Shown here: positions 57,364-64,000 of the stretch, piece after piece
How positions within the stretch are numbered: the stretch's first letter is position 1
Layout of the letters: each line of letters opens with the position of its first letter
Assembly (NCBI GenBank): GCA_965214915.1
Contig: CBDCCP010000003.1
Coordinates: 468,440 to 532,439 of the forward strand
Direction of reading: 5' to 3'
Length of the DNA: 64,000 nt
Origin: Bryobacterales bacterium
Lineage (GTDB): Bacteria > Acidobacteriota > Terriglobia > Bryobacterales > UBA6623
The notes under the pieces: generated by a model
The model's database searches: none
Told to the model about the DNA's origin: nothing
What the model saw: only the letters and a program-made list of their open reading frames with translations
Program-made: the position numbers and the translations under genes

Positions 57364-57656
57364 TCTTTCCTGTAAGGATTTCGCGTCTGTTCGAGATCGA
57401 GCGAGGTTCCCGTCGGCTCCAACCGATAGAACGCATAAAAGCAAGCCCACGGCAAAGTGTTGCCGCCGAGGAACGTAATGACGATCGAGCCTTTGGGCCC
57501 GGCCCAGGGATACGCCAGGACCGCGCCGAGGGCGATGACCGCCAACGGCAGGAGAACCGTAGCCGCGATTGCCGCGCCCGCGATTTTCAACTCCGTTCCG
57601 CAGTCGCGGCAGCGAAACGGCTGAAACGCCGTCGCCGCTCTACGCGCTTGGCGCAC
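57360..57656 (-). CDS. Small hypothetical membrane protein with CxxC
   Basis: FRCRDCGTEL followed by two hydrophobic segments; start uncertain. Confidence 0.4.
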   Translation of the reverse strand: MRQARRAATAFQPFRCRDCGTELKIAGAAIAATVLLPLAVIALGAVLAYPWAGPKGSIVITFLGGNTLPWACFYAFYRLEPTGTSLDLEQTRNPYRKD

Positions 57657-57754
57657 CGGCGAAAACCGTCATGCGCCCATTGTAAATTGCGCTGCCGCGC
57701 CGAGGGCGTATCATAAGCGCTTGCGCGCGCCGGTAAGAACCCGCGCACGAAACG

Positions 57755-59083
57755 ATGACTCGCCGACCGCACCTTGCCGCCGGTTCCGCCGCCGCGCCGG
57801 CGGGCGCTCAGTCCCGCGGACCGAATGTCCTGCTCTTTCTCACCGATCAGGAAACCCAACGCGTCCGACGCGACCTGCTGAAGCTCCCCAACCGCGAGCG
57901 TCTGGAACGTCAAGGGGTGCGGTTCGAGCGCAACTGGTGTACAACGCCGCAATGCTCGCCCGCCCGCGCGGCCCTGCTCACCGGGCGCTATCCGCACCGC
58001 ACCGGCGTCCTGGGCAACGTCGGCGCAGCCGGCGGCGCTCCGTTGCGAACCGCCGACGCCTCGCTGGGCAACGTTTTCCGAAAAGCCGGCTACCGCACCG
58101 GTTACTTCGGCAAGTGGCATCTCTCGCGAGGCTCGCGCACAGGCTGGGCAGACCACGGCTTCGAACCGACGAAGCCCGCGGGCGGCAGCGACGCGGCCGT
58201 TGCCGAATCCGCAGCCCGTTGGATTGCCCAAATCGCCGGCCGGCCCTGGCTTTGCGTCGTCTCGCTGATCCAGCCGCACGACATCTACGAATATCCCCGC
58301 CGCGCCCGATTGGCAGCGCTGGAAGGCCGCGAGATGCCGATTCGGGACGGCATCCCCGCCCCGGCCGCCACCGCCGCGGATTTGAACGGCCGCCCGCGCC
58401 CCCAGCGTCAATACAACGAGGACGACCAGGGTCAAGTCACCACCGACTACACTGCCGATGACTGGCGGCGCTACCGCAGCTTTTATTACGACCTCATCGA
58501 AGACGCCGACCGCAATCTCGGCAAGCTGCTCGACGCCGTCGAAGGCACGGACACTATCGTCGTTTACACTTCCGATCACGGCGACGGAATCGGCGCGCAC
58601 GGCTTGGCCTTCAAAGGGCCGTTTCTTTACGAAGAGTTGCTCAACGTCCCGCTGGCGGTCTCCTGGCCCGGGCGGTTGCAGCCGAGCGCCGCCGTGCGGG
58701 CGCTGACCACGCACGCCGACGTGCTGCCGACGCTCTGCGATCTCGCCGGCATCCCCGTCCCGCCCGACCGCGACGGCCGCTCGCTGCGGCCGCTGCTCGA
58801 AGGCGCCGGCGGCTGGAGCCGCGATGCCGTTTTCGCCGAATACTACTCCAAGCAACGCTGGGTCAACCCGGCGCGGGCCGTCCGCACGGACCGCTGGAAA
58901 CTCGTCGAGTGCCTGCGCGGCGGACGCGAGCTCTACGACTTGGCCCGAGACCCCGACGAAGCCGAAAATCTGGCGGGCGCGCCGGGGCGCCGGGAGACCG
59001 AGCGCGAGCTTCTTGTCCGTCTCGACGAATGGGCCGGCCGCACCCACGACGCGCTCTGGCTCCAACACCGCCCCGCGAGATGA
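57755..59083 (+). CDS. Sulfatase-family hydrolase
   Basis: PNVLLFLTDQ, CSPAR, GKWHL, SDHG. Confidence 0.9.
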   Translation: MTRRPHLAAGSAAAPAGAQSRGPNVLLFLTDQETQRVRRDLLKLPNRERLERQGVRFERNWCTTPQCSPARAALLTGRYPHRTGVLGNVGAAGGAPLRTADASLGNVFRKAGYRTGYFGKWHLSRGSRTGWADHGFEPTKPAGGSDAAVAESAARWIAQIAGRPWLCVVSLIQPHDIYEYPRRARLAALEGREMPIRDGIPAPAATAADLNGRPRPQRQYNEDDQGQVTTDYTADDWRRYRSFYYDLIEDADRNLGKLLDAVEGTDTIVVYTSDHGDGIGAHGLAFKGPFLYEELLNVPLAVSWPGRLQPSAAVRALTTHADVLPTLCDLAGIPVPPDRDGRSLRPLLEGAGGWSRDAVFAEYYSKQRWVNPARAVRTDRWKLVECLRGGRELYDLARDPDEAENLAGAPGRRETERELLVRLDEWAGRTHDALWLQHRPAR

Positions 59084-59084
59084 G

Positions 59085-60026
59085 ATGAGCAGGATATACG
59101 TCGTCGGCAGTCTCAACGCGGACTACGTCATTCCCGTCGAGCGCATTCCGCGGGTCGGCGAAACGCTTTCCGGCGGCGACCTTGCCGTTTATCCGGGCGG
59201 AAAGGGCGCCAACCAGGCCGCCGCCGCCGCGCGCCTGGACGCCGCGGTCAAGATGATCGGTCAAGTCGGCAGCGACGCTTCCGGGCGCTTCCTTCTCGAC
59301 AGCCAGACCGCGATGGGCGTCGATGTATCCGGCATCGGCGAAAGCCCCGGAGCAAGCGGCTGCGCATTGATTTACGTGCTGCCCGACGGCAGGAATTCCA
59401 TCGTCGTCTCTCCCGCCGCCAACGCGCGCCTGACGCCGAACGATGTACGCCGGCGACTGGCGGGACTGCGCCGCGGCGATTTCGTCCTCTGTCAGTTGGA
59501 AACGCCTTTGGAAACGGCAGCCGAGGCGCTGCGGCTCGCCAGGGCCGCCGGCGCGAAGACGATTCTCGACCCGGCGCCGGCCCGCGCTCTTCCGGCGGAC
59601 ATCCTGCGCAACGTTGACATCCTCACCCCGAACGAGACCGAATGCGCCATGCTGCTCGGCGCGCCCCCGCCGGCAGACGCCGCGCAGGCCGCCGCGGCCG
59701 CCAATGCGCTGTGCGCGCTGGGGCCCGCGGCGATCGTTCTCAAGCTCGGCGAACGCGGCTGCCTCATTGCCGACGAACGCGCCCCGCGCGTCATCGACCC
59801 CTTCCCTGTCGAAGCCGTCGACACCACGGCGGCCGGCGATACTTTCAACGCCGCTCTGGCGGTCCGGCTCGGCGCCGGCGACACTATCGACGCCGCCGCG
59901 CGCTGGGCCAACGCCGCGGCCGCCGTTTCGGTCACGCGCCAAGGCGCACAAACCTCCGCCCCCACCCGAGCAGAGGTCGAGAAACTGCTCGCGGAGCGCG
60001 CATCTACTCTCGGCCCAATTCCTTGA
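59085..60026 (+). CDS. rbsK: Ribokinase (PfkB family)
   Basis: VVGSLNAD, PGGKGANQA, PNETE, DTTAAGDTF. Confidence 0.93.
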   Translation: MSRIYVVGSLNADYVIPVERIPRVGETLSGGDLAVYPGGKGANQAAAAARLDAAVKMIGQVGSDASGRFLLDSQTAMGVDVSGIGESPGASGCALIYVLPDGRNSIVVSPAANARLTPNDVRRRLAGLRRGDFVLCQLETPLETAAEALRLARAAGAKTILDPAPARALPADILRNVDILTPNETECAMLLGAPPPADAAQAAAAANALCALGPAAIVLKLGERGCLIADERAPRVIDPFPVEAVDTTAAGDTFNAALAVRLGAGDTIDAAARWANAAAAVSVTRQGAQTSAPTRAEVEKLLAERASTLGPIP

Positions 60027-60675
60027 TGCGGATATTGCGGCACTCGACCTGCATCGACGGCCCGGAATGGAGTTGGATCGCGAGCACTCCCCCGCTGCTA
60101 ACGTCGTCCTCGGCGTCGATCGTCATCTTCCCGTTGAGCGTCAGCCGCACGCGGTTCCCTTGAGCCAGAATCTCGTACTCGTTCCAATCGTCGACGCGCA
60201 CGACCGGCGCGGCCTTGCGCCAGCCCTCGTCGGCCGTTTTCATGATCGCGCGGCCGCGGCCTTTTTCCTCATAAAAGTTGCCCCACGCCGAGCGTTCGCC
60301 GGCATGGGAAAAATCTGCCTGATAACCGTGCGCCACCCAACCCGGACCCGGCGCGCGCCGGCTGCGGAACTGAATCCCGCTGTTGCCATTGCGCAGCCGC
60401 ACATCGACTTTGAGGATGAAATCCGAAAACGGACGCTCGTAGATCAAAAATGTGTTCGTCTCGACTTTTTTCCCGTCGCTCGAACCGACGATCGCGCCGT
60501 CGCGAACCGACCACAGATCGGGATCGCCATCCCAGCCGTCGAGGTTCTTTCCGTTGAAGAGGAGAATGTAGCCCTCGCGCCGCTCCCCTTCGCTGAGCCG
60601 GTTGGCTCCATCGGCCGCGAAAGCCTGAGAGCAAGCAACCGCAACGGCCAAAGCCGGGATCGAAAACGTTTTCAT
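60004..60675 (-). CDS. DUF1080 domain protein
   Basis: Signal peptide, LFNGKNLDGW, NSGIQFRS, GYQAD, QLHSG. Confidence 0.88.
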   Translation of the reverse strand: MKTFSIPALAVAVACSQAFAADGANRLSEGERREGYILLFNGKNLDGWDGDPDLWSVRDGAIVGSSDGKKVETNTFLIYERPFSDFILKVDVRLRNGNSGIQFRSRRAPGPGWVAHGYQADFSHAGERSAWGNFYEEKGRGRAIMKTADEGWRKAAPVVRVDDWNEYEILAQGNRVRLTLNGKMTIDAEDDVSSGGVLAIQLHSGPSMQVECRNIRIKELGRE

Positions 60676-60751
60676 TTTGCCCCTCCCCGCCAAACTGCAA
60701 GAGCATTGTAAACGAGGCGCGGCTGCCGCAGACCGGGGCGCAGCCGACGCT

Positions 60752-61015
60752 CTATGCAGTCGGCATCGGGTTGACGTGGATGAAGCGGCCCTTTTGGCCG
60801 CGGTTGCGGAATTCCACAACGCCGTCGATCTTGGCGAACAAGGTGTCGTCTTTGCCGCGGCCGACATTGAGGCCCGGCTGAAAACGAGTGCCGCGCTGGC
60901 GGACCAGAATGCTGCCGCCGGTAACGACCTGGCCGGCGAAGCGTTTCACGCCGAGCCGCTTCGCTTCGGACTCGCGGCCGTTTCTGGATGTTCCCTGACC
61001 TTTTTTGTGCGCCAT
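60752..61015 (-). CDS. rpmA: 50S ribosomal protein L27
   Basis: [22 protein letters not shown]. Confidence 0.98.
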   Translation of the reverse strand: MAHKKGQGTSRNGRESEAKRLGVKRFAGQVVTGGSILVRQRGTRFQPGLNVGRGKDDTLFAKIDGVVEFRNRGQKGRFIHVNPMPTA

Positions 61016-61017
61016 GA

Positions 61018-61350
61018 CTAGTGCTCCGTAGCGTCGGCCGACTCCACGTCGATCGACTCGATCTTCACCTGCGTGAAAGGTTGGCGGTGGCCGATATGGC
61101 GGCGGTACATTTTGCGCCGCTTGAATTTCAAGACGTCAATCTTCCGCGCGCGTCCCTGATCGGAGATCGTGCCGTTGACCGCGGCGCCGCCGCCGGCGCC
61201 CGCCGTCAAGCCGCCCTCGCCGTCGGATACGGCAACCACTCTGTCGAACCGAATCGAGTCGCCGACCTCGCCCGCCAGCCTCTCGACTCGAATCTCGTCG
61301 CCCGGGGAAACGGCGTACTGCTTCCCTCCGGTTTCTATGACCGCATACAT
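61018..61350 (-). CDS. rplU: 50S ribosomal protein L21
   Basis: [12 protein letters not shown]...KFKRRK..GHRQ. Confidence 0.98.
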   Translation of the reverse strand: MYAVIETGGKQYAVSPGDEIRVERLAGEVGDSIRFDRVVAVSDGEGGLTAGAGGGAAVNGTISDQGRARKIDVLKFKRRKMYRRHIGHRQPFTQVKIESIDVESADATEH

Positions 61351-61433
61351 GACACTGAACTCCCCAGGAACCGAGCGCTTCGATCTTCGCCCACGGGCGA
61401 GACGCCGTGCGCCCTCGAATAGGCTGACTCTTC

Positions 61434-61463
61434 ATTATAGGAAAGGCCCGCCGGCGCGGTCAA
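61434..61463 (-). promoter_or_regulatory. sigma70-type promoter of rplU-rpmA
   Basis: Minus strand TTGACC-N18-TATAAT. Confidence 0.65.
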
Positions 61464-61468
61464 TCGCC

Positions 61469-62795
61469 TGTGCGGGATCAGGACATATGAGACGGCGGGG
61501 GAATACCGAAGCTGTGGTTATGAAGGTACTGGATAGGGGAGCGGGAGTCAAGGGCGTCATGGGGGCGGTGGTGGTTGTAGCGGTGGGCGAAGGCGTCGAT
61601 CAGGGGGTTGAGTTGCTGGAGGCGGTGGGGCAGGGAGTAGACGGAGTAGAACGCGTAGCGCCAGGTGGCTTGCATGCGCTCGACGCGGCCGTTGAGTTGG
61701 GGGCTTCGGGGAGGCAGGACGTAGAGGTCGATGCGGCGCTGTTGGCAGGCGTTCTCGAAGTCTTTCTGGAACTCGGAACCGCCGTCGACCTGGATGGCGC
61801 GGATGGGGAAGGGGGCGGATTGAACGAGTTTGTCGAGGAAGCGAGCGGCGGAAGCGGAGGTGGCCTGGGAGGCGGCCATAGCAGCGGTCCAGCGGGAGTA
61901 GCGATCGAGGGCGGTGAAGTGTTTGATGGTCTTGCCGGGCAGCAGAGTGAGCGAGAGGGTGTCGATCTGGACGGCCTCGCCGGGCGCTTTGGCGGGCAGC
62001 GCGGCGCGTAAGCGGCGCGCATAGGGGCGGCGGGCGCGGCGGGTTCGGCCGGGCGGGCGGCGGAAGACGAAGACGGGTTGCAGGCGTCCGCGGCGCACCA
62101 GGCGGGCCAGGATGCGCCCGACGGTGCTGTCGGAGAGGGCATGGCCCTCGGCGCGCAACAGCGGGCCGAGCTTGCGTTTGCCCCACACCGGGTTGTCTTC
62201 CCGCAGGGCTTCGACGCGCTCCACCAGCGCTGGACTCCAGCGCGGCCGGCACAGCTTGCGGGGCCGTCGGGAACGCAGTTCAGGCTGCTTGCGCCAGCGA
62301 TAGAGCGTGGCGCGGGATACGCCCACCGCGTCCGCCGCCGCCTGCGCGCTCAGCCCCTGCGCCCTGGCCTCGCGCCAGCGCCGCACCGCGTCGCGCCGGC
62401 TCTCCAGGGCCGCATCGACTTTTCCCTCTCCCAACTGCGCCGCAACGCGGGCACTGCTGATAACCTGTCTCGGTAGGCCAAAAACCTGCATGGGGTTCTC
62501 CTTTCGCTCGTTGGGTTGTTCTTCTACGAGCTTCGGAGAACCCCACCTGCGGAGGCAACCCCTGGCCGGCCGCCCCCCCTGTCGATCCGGCCGGGCTCCA
62601 CCTCGAAGAGCGGGCCATCGCCCTCTATGAGCGGTGTACGCGGCGGGACGGAACCCGTCAAGGGTACGCTACGCCGCGCCCTGGCGGGCGCGCCCTTGAC
62701 TGAACCCGCCCCGCCGCAAAAACTATGACCCGGTAGGAGGGCGATGGCCCTCTGACGCCGGCTCGCGGCGTCTCACATCTATCTGAACCGGCACA
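61469..62795 (-). mobile_element. Complete IS481-family element, 1327 bp
   Basis: TGT...ACA ends; imperfect TIRs TGTGCGGGATCAGGACATATGAGACG and TGTGCCGGTTCAGATAGATGTGAGACG; 5-bp TSD TCGCC (61464-61468, 62796-62800). Confidence 0.9.
61478..62491 (-). CDS. IS481-family DDE transposase (HTH plus integrase core)
   Basis: GVSRATLYRW, PGEAVQID, IQVDGGSEF, NGRVER, YNHHRPH. Confidence 0.93.
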   Translation of the reverse strand: MQVFGLPRQVISSARVAAQLGEGKVDAALESRRDAVRRWREARAQGLSAQAAADAVGVSRATLYRWRKQPELRSRRPRKLCRPRWSPALVERVEALREDNPVWGKRKLGPLLRAEGHALSDSTVGRILARLVRRGRLQPVFVFRRPPGRTRRARRPYARRLRAALPAKAPGEAVQIDTLSLTLLPGKTIKHFTALDRYSRWTAAMAASQATSASAARFLDKLVQSAPFPIRAIQVDGGSEFQKDFENACQQRRIDLYVLPPRSPQLNGRVERMQATWRYAFYSVYSLPHRLQQLNPLIDAFAHRYNHHRPHDALDSRSPIQYLHNHSFGIPPPSHMS

Positions 62796-62814
62796 TCGCC
62801 GCCTGCGCCGCGGT

Positions 62815-62843
62815 TTGTGCTTTCGGCGAAAAAGCGATAGAAT
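62815..62843 (+). promoter_or_regulatory. sigma70-type promoter of the TPR gene
   Basis: TTGTGC-N17-TAGAAT, ending 12 nt before the ATG. Confidence 0.5.
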
Positions 62844-62855
62844 CAGGAACGGCGC

Positions 62856-63572
62856 ATGGCAAAACTGAATCGAAAGTATCTCAAGCGCGACCGGTTCGTA
62901 GAAGAAGTCGGCCACCAGGTCGAGTATCTATCCGAGCACCGCAACAAGGTGATCGTCTCGGGAGCGGTTGCCTTGGCGCTCATCGTCGGCGGAGGCTCGT
63001 TCTGGACCTATAAACGGGCAAAGGCCGCGGCCGGCCGCGTTGCGCTGCACAAAGCGGTCAATCTGTTCCACGGCAAAGTGTCGCTGGAGAACCAGCCGGG
63101 AACCCTCACGTTCGCCACGACCTTGGAGCGCATCCGGCGGACGACCGAAGCGCTGGAAGGCGTCATCGACGATTATTCCGGAAGCGCGCAAGCCGCGGCC
63201 GCCGAGTATTATCTCGGTCTGCTGAACGCCGAGCAAAAGAAAGCGGAAGAAGCCCGGACCCGGTTCGAGGCGGCAATCGATGGCCCCGATGCGGAATACG
63301 CCGCCCTGGCCCGACTGGCCTTCGCCGAAATGCTCCAGCAAAGCGGCAAGCTCGACGAGGCGCGGCGCCACTACGAACGGCTTGCCGCGGAACCTACCAG
63401 GGTCGTCTCCAAGGCCCGCGCGCAAATCGCCCTGGCGCGGACTTACGCCGCAAGCGATCCGGCCAAGGCGCGCGAAATCCTGACCGAAGTCCAACGGGAA
63501 AACGGCCCGGCGGCGAGCATGTTGATCGGCAGCGAGCTTGAGGATCTTCAGGATCCGGTCGAAGGCAGCTAA
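62856..63572 (+). CDS. Membrane-anchored TPR protein (YfgM-like)
   Basis: [10 protein letters not shown], one TM segment, TPR helices. Confidence 0.8.
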   Translation: MAKLNRKYLKRDRFVEEVGHQVEYLSEHRNKVIVSGAVALALIVGGGSFWTYKRAKAAAGRVALHKAVNLFHGKVSLENQPGTLTFATTLERIRRTTEALEGVIDDYSGSAQAAAAEYYLGLLNAEQKKAEEARTRFEAAIDGPDAEYAALARLAFAEMLQQSGKLDEARRHYERLAAEPTRVVSKARAQIALARTYAASDPAKAREILTEVQRENGPAASMLIGSELEDLQDPVEGS

Positions 63573-63586
63573 AAGCAAGCCCCTCG

Positions 63587-64000
63587 ATGTTGGCCGAGTT
63601 GCGGTTCCAAGCGGAACGGTCCCGCGGCCGCCGCTACCCCGAGCCCGAGCACCCCTATCGCGGGCCGTTTCAGCGCGACCGCGACCGGGTGATTCATTCG
63701 CGCGCCTTTCGGCGGCTGGAGCATAAGACCCAGGTCTTCACTTCCCCGCACTCCGACCATTTTCGAAACCGTCTGACCCACACCCTGGAAGTTTCGCAGG
63801 TGGCGCGCACGGTCGCCGCCGCCTTGGCGCTGAACGAGGATTTGGTGGAATGCCTGTCTCTTGCCCACGATTTGGGCCACCCGGCGTTCGGCCATGCCGG
63901 CGAAGAAGCCCTGGATCGGGAAATGCGCCGGTACGGAGCGAGCTTCGACCACAACCGCCACGCGCTGCGCATCGTCGAGCGCTTCGAGCAAAAATACGCG
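63587..64000 (+). CDS. dgt: dNTP triphosphohydrolase (dGTPase), partial
   Basis: [46 protein letters not shown]; runs off the right edge. Confidence 0.95.
   Translation, partial: MLAELRFQAERSRGRRYPEPEHPYRGPFQRDRDRVIHSRAFRRLEHKTQVFTSPHSDHFRNRLTHTLEVSQVARTVAAALALNEDLVECLSLAHDLGHPAFGHAGEEALDREMRRYGASFDHNRHALRIVERFEQKYA

Overview
High-GC bacterial chromosomal window. Oar-like TonB-dependent receptors, DUF1080/ThuA proteins, many sulfatases and the dcw layout suggest Acidobacteriota (Bryobacterales-like), possibly host-associated; this taxonomy is inference only. Left to right: two tandem TonB-dependent receptor paralogs (the complete one ZnuD-like with His/Glu-rich loops), glpD, a secreted protein, a scar zone (higB stub, frameshifted higA, internally deleted IS5), a plug-deficient TonB-type barrel with a VWA-like gene, ThuA and DUF3604 genes, and a Type III restriction-modification locus (14.2-22.5 kb) interleaved with antitoxin genes whose toxins survive only as short stubs. 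Then O-methyltransferase, sialidase, sulfatase and cupin genes; a full dcw cluster (mraZ to ftsZ) with an intact IS5 inserted at the rsmH stop codon; sulfatases; two divergent TonB receptors (one with two homopolymer frameshifts); tRNA-Leu; mmsA/iolA; rbsK; rpmA-rplU; an IS481-family element; a TPR protein; and partial dgt. Best leads: (1) the antitoxin-retaining, toxin-deleted array coupled to the Type III RM genes; (2) tandem NrdR-like boxes over a promoter of the cell-division operon; (3) FtsZ with a duplicated C-terminal conserved peptide; (4) a three-copy intergenic repeat family; (5) the plug-deficient barrel plus VWA pair. All family calls come from motif recognition by eye; no searches were run.
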